This document shows, in pieces, positions 14,020-25,372 of a DNA stretch of 64,000 bases. Both the position numbers and the translations under genes were made by a program. Within the stretch, counting starts at the first letter, position 1. Each line of letters begins with the position of its first letter. The DNA comes from Mobula hypostoma (taxonomy: Eukaryota), in NCBI RefSeq assembly GCF_963921235.1, contig NC_086097.1, positions 41,108,001 through 41,172,000 on the forward strand, in the 5' to 3' direction. Under the pieces are notes generated by a model. It was not told the DNA's origin and did no database searches. It worked only from the letters and a program-made list of their open reading frames with translations.

Positions 14020-14250
14020 ATATCCCACTGCTGTCTATAAAGAGTTTCGATGTTATCCCTGTATCTACTTGGGTTTCCTCCAGGTGCTCTGGTTTCCTCC
14101 ACAGCCCAAAGGTGTAGTGGTTGCTAGGTTAATCAGTCACTGTAAATTGTCCTATGATTAGACTCGGACTAAATCGGGTGTTGCAGGGTGGCGCATCTCG
14201 AAGGTTTGGAGGGTCTATTCATGCTGTATCTCAATAAATAAATGAATAAG
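14020..14250 (+). mobile_element. V-SINE, 5'-truncated
   Basis: TGGGTTTCCTCCAGGTGCTCTGGTTTCCTCCACAGCCCAAAG and GTATCTCAATAAATAAAT tail. Confidence 0.8.
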
Positions 14251-14499
14251 TGTAGTGACGATCTGTACCTTAGTTATTCTATCCTCCTTGATGTTAAGTT
14301 TGTCCTTGAAAGCCACTGTTGATGCATATAAGTTTACTGCTGCTTCTCATAGGACAAAATGGTATTTGTATTTTAATTTCCTGTTCCGTGAAAGATACCT
14401 TCATATGAAAACTTTACATTAAAGCAATCTTCAGGATCTTGTCATGTTCTACATCAGTCTCGTGAGTTCTACCACTTCCAAATGAAAGTTTTGGCTTCT

Positions 14500-15050
14500 T
14501 TCTAAACGGCGACGGTGAAATCCAAATCAAAGTCCTCTTCATTCTTTGGATGTAGCAACCTCAGGGAGTATTCTCCCAACTTACAGTAGTTCCACATAGT
14601 CTTGTTGAATATTACTTTGAGACTGATGGCTTGCTTCAGGAAGCTTTTCTACCTTGTTTTCAGTGCAGATGAGATGAGGAGTTATTGACAGCCCTTGCAC
14701 ACATTGCCATTGATCTGTCTTCCACTGAATTGATTTTGTGTGGCACCAAAAGCATTTTGATCAACAGATACTTTGAATCTGGCCCTGCTTCCATCTCTAC
14801 ACAGGTCATCTTGTTCACTCGTTCCTCTATTGATATTCTCATCATGGTGAAAAATAATTACCCATCCTGTGAGAATGTTCACAGTACATGCAATAATTAA
14901 GCAACTTAGACCATGTTATCCCTGTTCTGCCTTCTGCTTCATGTCTGTAATTCCTGTCACGCCATCCAACATTTCTGACCAGGCTTTGGATAGTTCTGCA
15001 GTTTTGCATGCATGTTTGCCCTGACAGAGGGACCACTGTCTCATTTAGTA
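14500..15050 (-). pseudogene. Possible ancient LINE (RTE-like) AP-endonuclease remnant
   Basis: Broken frames RNVGWRD...KLLNYC...NYF...VNKMTC...LIKMLLV...VED...SSHL follow the order of APE motifs (NARVG, LLxFC, NTFF, TW, IDYILV, SDH) but are heavily diverged. Confidence 0.35.
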
Positions 15051-16158
15051 GTCAAACTGCAGGATTCTACAAAGTAATCTGACCTCTTTTAAATCTGTTT
15101 TAAGCAGGAAGTTATGTGCTTGTGATACATTTGGTGCTTTCTCTGGAGTCTCAGCTGTGGTGCGGTACAGCTTTCTCCCTTTGTGATCTTCGGGATACAA
15201 TATTGTCTTCACTTCCATCTACTCTGGTTTATCTAGCCTAGCAATAAATAGTGTGGAGTTCTCATACGACTGACTCCAAACTTCAGAAAAGTCGCTTGCT
15301 TGGAAATCCAGCAGTTCACTTTATTGTTCCACTGTGAACTATTCCAGTCGAACAACAGAGCTCATGGTTTCTTGGCAGTCATTCCCACATTATCTCCATT
15401 GGGAAGGACCCAGCTGAGTTGCTGCAAGCAGATTTCGGAACATTGTATACGTTTCATAGTTTTGTTCTGAAGCTATGCTTTAGAATCTCTTCCAAAGTAC
15501 TGCAAGATACTGATCTGAACAAAAGAAAAGTTAAGTGGATTATCTTTGCTGTAGTCCACACATGTCGATCAGTGTTGCCTCTTCTATGGCAAAGCATAAG
15601 TGGTTTCAGACAGAGCAGTTGGACACCCAGTAAAAATCGTGAAGTGGGCACACCCAATATTACATAAGCCTCATATGTTACAGTTCTTGCAGAAGACTGC
15701 TAGATCACACCATTGAGCAGGATTGTAGGGGTACGTTCACCAGGTACACTGCAGCAACTCAGTGAGCTAATTCAGTGTCACACCATCAGGATGGGTAATT
15801 AACACTGACCTTGTCAGCAATGGTTGTGTTTCATGTCCTAATGAAAACAAACAATAGATATGATAGAAATCAATGATAAAGTGAAGTTGAAGTTTGAATC
15901 ATACTGAATGAATCAGTGAATCTAAATCAGAATCAGGTTTATTAACACCGGCATGTGACATGAAACTTGTTAACTTAGTAGCAGCAGTTCAATCCAATAA
16001 ATAATATAGAAGAAAAAATAAAATAATAATGATAAATAAATCTTATTCAGTATACTTTATACAGTGTACGTCAGGGGTCCCCAACCTTTTTTGCACCGCG
16101 GACCGGTTTAGTATTGACAATATTCTTGCGGACCAGCCGACCGGGGGTGGTGTTCAAG

Positions 16159-16835
16159 GAGGGTTAAACTCACCTCAACATGATGTTTTTTATAGTTAGG
16201 GTTGCCAACTTTCTCACTCCCAAATAAGGGACAAAAGTAGCAGTCAGATCCTGATGAAGGGTCCCGGCCCGAAACGTCGACTGTACCTCTTCCTGTAGAT
16301 GCTGCCTGGCCTGCTGTGTTCACCAGCATTTTTTGTGTGTGTTGGCGGGATGCTTGTGTTTACCCCGAGAAAGACTACCATGACTATGAAGCCTTGCGCG
16401 GGCACCTGTGTGCACATGCATGACGTGCGCATATGTGACGTGCTCATGCACGTACGTGCCGATTTTTTTTCCACATATCAGTTTTGGCTTAACCTTCCCG
16501 ACTACACTGTACATGCATTATTTCTACTTTATATAGGCTGTGTATTTAACTTATCATTCCTGCTTTTACTATATGTCAGAGTTGTTTTAGGTGTTATGTG
16601 TTATTTGGTATGATTTGGTAGGTTATTTTTTGAGTCTGGGAACGCTTAAAAATTTTTCCCATATAAATTAATGGTAATTGCTTCTTCGCTTCATGCCACT
16701 TCGGCACGAGAGGTTTCATAGGAACATTCTACTTTGGCGGGAAAAATATGGGACAAGGGCTGTCTGGTATAGGACAAACCAATTTAGACCAATATACCAG
16801 ATGTCCCGGCTAATACAGGACAGTTGGCAACCCTA
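16159..16835. mobile_element. Second hAT-type element nested in the first
   Basis: 8-bp direct repeat TGTTCAAG at 16151-16158 and 16836-16843; ends GAGGGTT...AACCCTA; perfect 14-bp inverted pair TAGGGTTGCCAACT (16197-16210) / AGTTGGCAACCCTA (16822-16835). Confidence 0.75.
16249..16284 (+). ncRNA. Minimal type I hammerhead motif in a short PLE repeat (repeat extends to about 16343)
   Basis: CTGATGA 16251-16257, extra A, helix II GGGT/GCCC, GAAAC-GTC 16271-16278. Core intact; helix I reduced to 2 adjacent bp by 5' truncation. Confidence 0.75.
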
Positions 16836-17898
16836 TGTTCAAGTTCAACAGTGCGTGACAGGGAATGAGGAAAGGTGCAGCTGACTCATATCGTTTCCTC
16901 ACCGCCCAGTAGCACATGCTTCGCGGCCCAGTGGTTGGGGACCGCTGGTGTACGTATATTGAATAAATTAAAAATCGTGCAAAAGCAGAAATAATATATA
17001 TTTTTTTAAAAAGTGAGGTAGTGTCCAAGGGTTCAACGTCCATTTAGGAATCGGATGGTAGAGGGGAAGAAGCTGTTCCTGAATCACTGAGTGTGTGCCT
17101 TCAGGTTTCTGTACCTCCTACCTGATGGTAACAGTGAGAAAAGGGCATGCCCTAAATGCTGGAGGTACTTAATAATGGATGCTACCTTTCTGAGATACCG
17201 CTCCTTGAAGATATCCTGCGTACTTTGTAGGCTAGTACCCAAGATGGAGCTGACTAAATTTACAACCCTCTGTAGCTTTCTTCAGTCTTGTGCAGTGCCC
17301 CCCCCCATACCAGACAGTGACACAGCCTGCTTAACGCTCTTCACACTACATCTATAGAAGTTTTTGAGTGTATTTGCTGACATAACAAATCTCTTCAAAC
17401 TCCTAATAAAGTATAGCTGCTGTCTTGCCTTCGTTATAACTACATCGATATATTGGGACCAGGTTAGGTCCTCAGAGATCTTGACACCCAGGAATTTGAA
17501 ACTGCTCACTCTCTCCACTTCTGATCCCTCTATGAGGATTGGTATGTGTTCTTTCATCTTACTATTCCTGAGTTCCACAATCAGCTCTTCGTCTTACTGA
17601 CACTGAGTGCCAGGTTGTTGCTGTGACACCACTCCATTAGCTGGCATATCTCATTCCTGTATGCCCTCTTGTCACCACCTGAGATTCTATCAACAATGGT
17701 TATATTGTCAGCAAACTTATAGATGGTATTTGAGCTATGCCTAGCCACACAGTCATGGGTATAGAGAGTAGAGCAGTGGTATTTTTTATACAGGATTAAT
17801 AGAAAACATTTATTAAGACAGTGACATTATCTTCCACTTGCTTCTTACATGACCAATATAAGTAGAAGCAAAGTTCAAGATCTGTAAAGTATTTGTTT

Positions 17899-19500
17899 AG
17901 AGTCATACAGCACTACAGCACAGAAACAGGCCCTTCAGCTAGCGTACAGTAGTTCCTGCTGAACTGTTATTCTGCTTAATCTCATCAACCTGCACTTCAA
18001 ACATAGCTCCACAAACCACTCCCATCCATGTACTTATCCAAACTTCTCTTAAATGTTGCAATCAAGCCTTCATTCACCACCTTTGCTGGGAACTCATTCC
18101 ACACTTGTACCATGCTCTGAGTAAAGAAAGTTCCCCTCAAGTTCCCCTTAAATATTTCACCTTTCACCCTTAACTGATGACCTTTAGTACTAGTTTCACA
18201 CAACCTGCTTGCATTTACCCTGAGTGGGTCAGCAATTTTAAATTCCTTGGCATTCTCATTTCAGAGGGTCTGTCCTGGGTCCATCATGTAAGTGCCATTT
18301 CAAAGAAAACAAAGCAATGCCTTTACTTTACTTAGAAGCTTGCTAAGATTTGGCATATCATCTAAAACTTTAACAAACTTATATAGATGTGCAGTGGACA
18401 GTATACCGACTAGGTGCATCATGGCCTGGTATGGAAACACCAATCGCCTTGAACGGAATAGCCTACAAAAAGTAATGAATATGGCCCAGTCCATTACAGG
18501 TGAAGCCCTCCCCAATATTTAGCGCATCTACAAGGAGCGCTGTTACAGGAAAATAGCGTCCATCATCAAGGATCCCAACCATACAGGCTATGTTCCCACC
18601 GCTGCTATCAGGAAGGACGTACAGGAGCTTCAGGACCCCCACAGTCAGGTTCAGGAATGGTTATTACCCCTCAACCATCAGACTCTTGAACCAGTGGAGA
18701 TAACTTCACTTGCCCCAAAACTGAACCATTCTCACAACCTATGGATTCACTTTCTAGGACTCTTCATCTCATATTTTCAATATTTTTGCTTATTTGTTTA
18801 CTATTACTATTTTGTTTCTTTTTTTAATTTTTGCATTTGCACCGCTTATTGTATTTTGTACATTGGTTGTTTGTCCATCTTGTTGTGTATGGTTTTTCAC
18901 TGATTCTATTGTGTTTCTTGTATTTACTGGGAATGCCCACAAGAAAATGAGTCAGGGTAGTATATGCTGACATGTATGCACTTCGATAATGAATTTACTT
19001 TGACCTTTATCTATACATACACTACATAGGTACACTATCTATCTATATCTCTCAGAATTTTTTTCATCTATATCAAATCTCCCATTATTCTCCCATGCTC
19101 CAGGGATAAAGTCCTAACCTATTCAAACTTTCCCAATAACTCAGATCCTCAAGTCCCAGCAACATCCTTTTAAATTTTCTCTGTACACTTTTAATCTCAT
19201 TGATATATCTTCTGTGACTAAAACTGCACAAGTAAACCACATTTGGTCTCACCAATGTCTATACAACCTCAACATATCAATGCTCAACGTATCAGTACTT
19301 TAACTTATGAAGACCAAGGTTCCAAAAGATCTAGTTATGGCTCTCCCTATGACATCACTCTCAAGGAATTAGGGTTCTGTATTCTGAGATCCCTTTGTTA
19401 TACCACACCCCTCAGTGCCCCAACATTCACTGTGCAAGTTCCACCCTGGTTTGTCCGTACAATGTGCAATCTCACACTTGTCTGCATTAAACTCCATCTG
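17899..19500 (-). mobile_element. CR1-clade LINE 3' fragment split by a Rex1 insertion
   Basis: TKGHQLRVKGEIFKGNLRGTFFTQSMVQVWNEFP at 17997-18203; CR1 homology resumes at about 19010. Confidence 0.75.
18222..19006 (+). mobile_element. Rex1/Babar-like LINE 3' fragment
   Basis: LRSLLRFGISSKTLTNLYRCAVDSIPTRCIMAWYGN; family 3' UTR ending ATAATGAATTTACTTTGAC. Confidence 0.85.
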
Positions 19501-19616
19501 CCTTCAGTGTTCATCACATCAGGATTTGTTTCCAATGTTTATCACATCCTTCTCAGGACCTGTGCATGTTTTCTAAAAGAAGAGCAAGATCTGTACACAA
19601 TATAAATTTCCTACCT

Positions 19617-19752
19617 AAGGGTCTCAGCCCAAAATGTCGACTGTACTTTTTTTCCATCGATGCAGCCTGGCCTGCTGAGTTCCTCCCCTATCATGTGTAC
19701 GTGTGTGTGTTGCCTGGATTTCCAGCATCTGCAGATTTTCTTTTGTTTGTGA
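19617..19752 (+). mobile_element. Short PLE 3' repeat truncated inside the hammerhead
   Basis: Begins AAGGGTCTCAGCCCAAAATGTCGACTG (no CTGANGA box), then the family tail to GCATCTGCAGATTTTCTTTTGTTTGTG. Confidence 0.85.
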
Positions 19753-20702
19753 TTGAATATAAATGTAGACTTTTTTAAAAATATGTGCTGATGGGTTCAT
19801 TTGTGACTGTGCTACTTTCTGGCTACTTAAATCGCTGATGTTGCTAGCACATTTATGATATGATTCTCATCCATCCATGTTGTGCCCTTGTAAAACTTAA
19901 CATTTACCCTTTATGTAATTAAAGGAAAATGAAATACACTGATTACCAAAGCAAGATTATGTGAGACATCCAAACCAGCATATTTATGTGTGGAAGTGAC
20001 ATCAATGAGTCTATTCGTTGTCTTTAATTGCTGTAATCAGGCAAAATTTCATGTGTTTTTTATATGATAATGTAATCAAAGACTAATTTCTTACATTACT
20101 TAAGATATTTACACCTGGGGTACAACTAAGATGTGCTTACTATATGAAATCAGCTAAATTGCCTCCTATTAAGAAGTCTTAACCTGACATTTTGAATGTA
20201 TACTGAGTACTATGAATAAATTAAGTATGGACAGATGAAACCTGCAAAAACGATTAGTTTTAGTCAAGATTGATAACTTTGTCCCAATTGAATGATTTCT
20301 AGGTAACTGAAAGATAGGATGCTTTCCATCTATTCTGTTGCTAACTTGTATATATTGCCTTCTAGGTATCACTTTATCTGATTTAATCTCTGCTACTATT
20401 CTGACACAATGCTCCTCCCTTTGCTCTCAGTTCCTGCATTTCATGTAGTATATTCATATGTATCTCCAGAACCCTGACACACCTTGATCATCGTTCCTTT
20501 AGCAAGCACCATGCAAAATCCTCATTTCATACCTCAGCCTTTTATTTCCTCCATGAAATAATTTCCTTTTTCACTCTCCTTACAATTATTTTCCCGTTAG
20601 TGTGTCTATGGAAGGTTTTTGGATTCCCTTTCATGCCAGTTACCAATCCATTTTGTTCCTGTCTCTTAGCCCACATTTTCTTTTTCACTTACCCATACCA
20701 GA

Positions 20703-21015
20703 ACTCCTGTTCTTGGCAAATGCGAATTCCCTCTGAGAAATCGCTCAGGTCCTGATAACTTTATGACTGAAGAAAATCCTCCTTGGCTACCTTCTACTGA
20801 CAATAATTTTAAATCTTCAACTTTTGTTTATCCACCCTTGTGCGTAGAGATAGTCAAACTGTTTTCTTCGGCTTTTGGTGAACTAACAGAAGTTGAAGAT
20901 TTAAAATTATTGCCTGTGGAAGAATGCGAAGGAGAATGTTATTCAGTCAGGGAGTTATCAGGACCTGAGAGATTTCTGAGACTGAATTAGAATTAGAATT
21001 GCCAAGAACAGGAGT
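20703..21015. repeat. Long inverted repeat / foldback (MITE-like)
   Basis: Arms of about 125-130 bp (20703-20828 and 20885-21015) with a roughly 55-bp spacer; terminal ACTCCTGTTCTTGGCAA / TTGCCAAGAACAGGAGT is perfect. No clear TSD. Confidence 0.9.
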
Positions 21016-21058
21016 GTTGAGAACATAGTGTAGAAAGGTTCAGCCATTCTTACTCGGT

Positions 21059-21194
21059 GGTCCTGACGAAGGGTGTCAGCCTGAAACGTCCACTGTATCT
21101 CTTCCTAGAGATGCTGCCTGGCCTGCTGCGTCCACCAGCAACTTTTATGTGTGTTGCTTGAAATTCCAGCATCTGCAGATTTCCTCGTGTTTGC
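21059..21194 (+). mobile_element. Short PLE 3' repeat with hammerhead core
   Basis: CTGACGA 21063-21069, AGG/CCT helix II, GAAACGTC 21083-21090 (first helix I pair mismatched), full family tail. Confidence 0.88.
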
Positions 21195-23079
21195 CTGACT
21201 AGATGGTAGAACAGATTCTGTACTACCTTCTCCTGATCCTATATCTCATCATTTTATGAGAATGGATCATGGTGCAGGAAACTGCATTGCAAAAAAGGTT
21301 CACCATGGGATTCTGGAAAAGTGATGGTGAAGCTCTAAGAAAGAGCAATAGCTATCATTAATTTTATTTTTATCCAGGCAGTAAATAATATTGGAGTTGT
21401 ACATTAAATATTGGTGAGGAGTACTGTTTTAAGGAATTCTAGCCTAATCTTGTTGCGGATTACCAGGCAGTCAAGCCACCAATTCAGTCGCTCTCTGAGG
21501 TGAAGGGAGAAGGTGGTGGTATTGTAACAGAGAGGAGAACGTACGTGAAAAGAGTTAGCTAACACTGCTGTCATGATGAGAATGTTGAATGTGAGAACTG
21601 GGATTGGTCAACACTAATCAATCACAGTGATCCAATCGTTTTTGCATGTGATTATAGATCTGGAGCAGAGAGCTAGGCCATTTGGCCCAGCTGATCTCTA
21701 GCCATGTGTAAACACTAGATAAACTGGCTACTAGTCTCCATAATTCCCTCTCCTACCCACACTACGCCTCTGATCTTTACTGTCTCCCATCTGTCTGACT
21801 ATCTCCCTCAATGCCATCTGCTTCAACTATTCGACCTGCAATTAAATGCCTTGTTCTCTCTGATTTTCCGTTTTTTGTGAGTTGTTTTGTATTTGGTATT
21901 CACCCCCCTCGCAAAATAATTTGTCTACATGTAGCCCATCGAAGACTTCCTCTTTTCGAGGACCTCCGTCGGGCTCCTTGCTGACCTTGTCCATCCCATA
22001 GGAAAGTGGTCCGTGTTTTACAACGCTTTAGGTGGCTGTTTGCATGTGACTTCTGGAAATCTGTTTTGTGTGCTCAGTATGCTGACGGGTGCAACTGATC
22101 CAGAGTGACCAAATAAGTCAAATTCAGTTTTTATAACATCGAATTCTGGAAGCTTTATCACTGCTTTGGGGATTGAGTTCTGTATATCCAGTTATTTTCT
22201 GAAGCAAACTATAAACCTTAGTGATGGATTAAAGGAAAAACTGTGTGAAGCTGTTTTTACTTGTTCTGTTACTATGGTAACTATTTTGCCATGAGGTGCT
22301 AACAGCTGTTTAATGATAGATTCTCAAATAGATTCTTCATTGCTGTATTACATATTAACCTTTATCCCGGCATTGGCCTGTTTCGTAAATTACTATGCCT
22401 GTGGCTCTGTATTGATCCATATTTAGCATTGCTGAGTTCTCAACAATTAATAAAGCTTATTTGTGTAGTATTTTCTAGATAAACATCATGTAAAATACAT
22501 TCTATGCAAGAGTTAGCTCATTCGTTATTCTCTGTCATTGTGGACTTTGTACTATAGCCTGAAACCCACTTGCATTCATACAGTTGTGTAGATTCAGTCT
22601 TCGTCCTATTTAAACTTGCTTCATGAATATTCATTGATTGTGCAAGTAATACATCTTGACTGCTCTACATTGATTTCTACAGAACACTTGTCAGATGTGT
22701 TTTGAACTGCCTAGCCTCGGTACTTTTAAAAATGGAATGTGATGTCAATACCCATCACAACACAAAATCTTACAGAGTAGCTTCTATTAAAATAATGTCA
22801 AGATTCCAGCTGTACTTATTATTTGATCTTTTTACATGAACACACCAAAATATTCTCCCCTAGCCAGTTGTGCTAAACTAGCTATAAAGTTGCTTCAGTA
22901 TGTTATACATGGCTGCTGATATTCACTCCCCTTCTACCCTTGTTCATTGCCTCCCGCCATGTTTTCTGATGGTCAGGAAGCTCCCTTAATAGTCATTTCC
23001 CTTTTCAGCAGAATGCTTTCTTCAGCAAGCATGCTTTCTCAAATGCTGAGGAATCTGATCTCTAAGCTTTTATTGCTAT

Positions 23080-23415
23080 TGAATATTGAAAGGCCAAGAC
23101 AGAGTGGACCCACAGAGGATGTTTCCTGTAGTGGGCACAGCCTCAGAATAAAACAATATCCCTTTAGAATAGAGATGACAATTTCTTTAACCAGGATGTG
23201 ATGACTCTGTGGAATTCATTGCACAGATGGCTGTAGAAGCCAAGTCAGTAGGTGTATTTAAAGCAGAGGCTGATGACTACTCATGTAATCAAAAGTTATG
23301 GGGATAAGACAGGAGATTTGGGTTCAGAGGGAAATTAAATCAGCCATGATGGAATGGTGGAGCAGACTCGATGGGCCAAATGGCCTGACTCTGCTTTTAT
23401 GGCTTATGGTCTTGT
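23080..23415 (+). mobile_element. CR1 3' end fragment
   Basis: GGGCACAGCCTCAGAATA...GAGCAGACTCGATGGGCCAAATGGCCTGACTCTGC, as in other CR1 copies. Confidence 0.8.
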
Positions 23416-23791
23416 ATATGCGAACATGTGTTTGTATGTGCAAATATGTTTGTTTATGTTTATGCTTTCCATTAGCACAGGTGCATTACAGGCTGTGAGT
23501 TTAAACCCCTACTCTGCTCACTTTATACTTATTCCTGTGCGGCTAAGCACAGCTCCAATACCGTATTTAAGTTTGCCAATGACAGAGCTGTCATCAGCAG
23601 AATCAAAGAAGGTGGCGAGTCAGCATATAGGAGGGAGTCTGAAAATCTGGCTGAGTGGTGCCATGACAATGTCATCAAGACCAAGCAGCTGATTACTGAC
23701 TTCAGGAGGAGAAAACCAGAGGTCTAGGAGCCTCACACATCAAAGTTGCTGGTGAACGCAGCAGGCCAGGCAGCATCTATAGGAAGAAGCG

Positions 23792-23829
23792 CAGTCGACG
23801 TTTCAGGCCGAGACCCTTCGTCAGGACTA
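23792..23829 (-). ncRNA. Minimal type I hammerhead ribozyme, best-preserved copy
   Basis: Minus strand UAGUC-CUGACGA-AGG-GUCUCGG-CCU-GAAAC-GUC|GACUG: helix I UAGUC/GACUG, helix II AGG/CCU, both conserved boxes, palindromic ACGU in place of helix III. Confidence 0.88.
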
Positions 23830-24121
23830 ACTGAAGGAAGAGTGAGTAAGGGATTTGAAAGCTGGAGGGGGAGGGGGAGATGCAAAATGATAGGAGAAGA
23901 CAGGAGGGGGAGGGATGGAGCCAAGAGCTGGACAGGTGATAGGCAGAAGGGGATACGAGAGGATCATGGGACAGGAGGTCCGGGAAGAAAGACGGGGGGG
24001 GGGTGACCCAGAGGATGGGCAAGAGGTATATTCAGAGGGACAGAGGGAGAAAAAGGAGAGAGAGAGAAAGAATGTGTGCATTAAAAAGAGTAACAGATGG
24101 GGTACGAGGGGGAGGTGGGGC

Positions 24122-24412
24122 CTAGCGGAAGTTAGAGAAGTCAATGTTCATGCCATCAGGTTGGAGGCTACCCATACGGAATATAAGGTGTTGTTCCTCC
24201 AACCTGAGTGTGGCTTCATCTTTACAGTAGAGGAGGCCGTGGATAGACATGTCAGAATGGGAATGGGATGTGGAATTAAAATGTGTGGCCACTGGGAGAT
24301 CCTGCTTTCTCTGGCGGACAGAGCGTAGATGTTCAGCAAAGCGGTCTCCCAGTCTGCGTCGGGTCTCACCAATATATAAAAGGCCACATCGGGAGCACCG
24401 GACGCAGTATAT
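24122..24412 (-). pseudogene. PLE GIY-YIG endonuclease domain, 96-aa open frame without a start codon (absent from the ORF track)
   Basis: Manual translation: IYCVRCSRCGLLYIGETRRRLGDRFAEHLRSVRQRKQDLPVATHFNSTSHSHSDMSIHGLLYCKDEATLRLEEQHLIFRMGSLQPDGMNIDFSNFR*. Shows IY...YIG, CxxC with downstream His residues, and the R, E and N positions typical of PLE GIY-YIG domains. Confidence 0.92.
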
Positions 24413-25020
24413 CTATCCTTATTGGAGGGATCACAGGTGGAGAGGGTCAGCAACTTTAAATTCCTCAGTGTTATTATTTCAGAGGATGTGTCCTTGGCGT
24501 ATGTGCAATTACAAAGAAAGCATGGCAGCTCTTGTTTAGAAATTTACAAAGATTCGGCATGATATCTAAAACTTTTAACAAACTTCTATAGATATGTGGT
24601 GGTAAGTATATTGACTGGCTGTATCATGTGGAAACACTAATGCCCTTAAACAGAAAATCCTACAAAATCTGGTGGATACAGCTCAGTCCATCACAGGTAA
24701 AGCCCTTCCCACCATCGAGCACATCTACATAGAGTGGTGTTGCAGAAAAGCATCATCCATCATCAGGGACCCCTGCGACCCAGGTCATGCTCTCTTCTCA
24801 CTGTTGCCATCAGGAAGAAGGTACAGAAGCCTCAAGATTCACTCTACCAGGTTCAGGAACAGTTATTACCCCTCAACCATCAGGCTCCTGAACCAGAGGG
24901 GATAACTTCACTCAACTGTTCTCACAATCTATGTACTCACTTTCAAGGACTCTTCATCTCATGTTCTCAATATTTATTGCTTATTGATTTATCGTTATAT
25001 TTATTATCATTATATTTGTT

Positions 25021-25372
25021 TCTTTTCTCAGCTCAGGCTGGTTAAACCTGAGGTATAGGCATAGCCAAGCACACTCATTTGTGCTAGGAACTTTCAGCCT
25101 ATTCTCGTAGTACTTAATATTTAAGATTTACATAGAAATTACTGTACTATTGTGTCTTTGTAGATATTACTGTTGGGACAATGTACAATTTGTTCATGTT
25201 CCAAAGTCTTACAATTTCCTCTTTTAATTCAGCTTATTTCTGGTGTTTTTCATTTATTGATTTCTGTAAGTTGTGTGTGTTTAGAATGGCTAGATCTATC
25301 AAGTAAGTTGTTCTTGCTTGTTTATCCTGTATTATTATATCTAGATGGCTATTATGGATTGTCCTATCTGTA
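25021..25372 (-). mobile_element. R4/Dong (Rex6-like) non-LTR retrotransposon 3' fragment with restriction-like endonuclease remnant
   Basis: TDRTIHNSHLDIIIQDKQARTTYLIDLAILNTHNLQKSINEKHQK*AELKEEIVRLWNMNKLYIVPTVIS, then an ILSTTRI...KFLA-like C-terminus; fits a degraded RPD...D...EK RLE motif. Confidence 0.8.

Larger units (their letters stand above)
16072..16947. mobile_element. Non-autonomous hAT (Charlie-like) element
   Basis: TIRs CAGGGGTCCCCAACC / GGTTGGGGACCGCTG (14 of 15 match); perfect 8-bp TSD GTGTACGT at 16064-16071 and 16948-16955. Confidence 0.93.
15925..17779 (-). mobile_element. Rex1/Babar-like LINE 3' part, interrupted by a hAT composite
   Basis: VERVSSFKFLGVKISEDLTWSQYIDVVITKARQQLYFIRSLKRF; closely similar paralog at 31756-32768. 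Confidence 0.9.
23734..24412 (-). mobile_element. Penelope-like element (Neptune-type), 5'-truncated, young
   Basis: Open GIY-YIG frame, pyrimidine-rich 3' UTR, hammerhead and family tail; inserted antisense into the Rex1 ORF. Confidence 0.93.

Noticed and set aside
23733..24539. Six overlapping ORFs in the track
   Set aside because: Off-frame or antisense readings of the PLE UTR; the meaningful frame is 24412-24122 on the minus strand.
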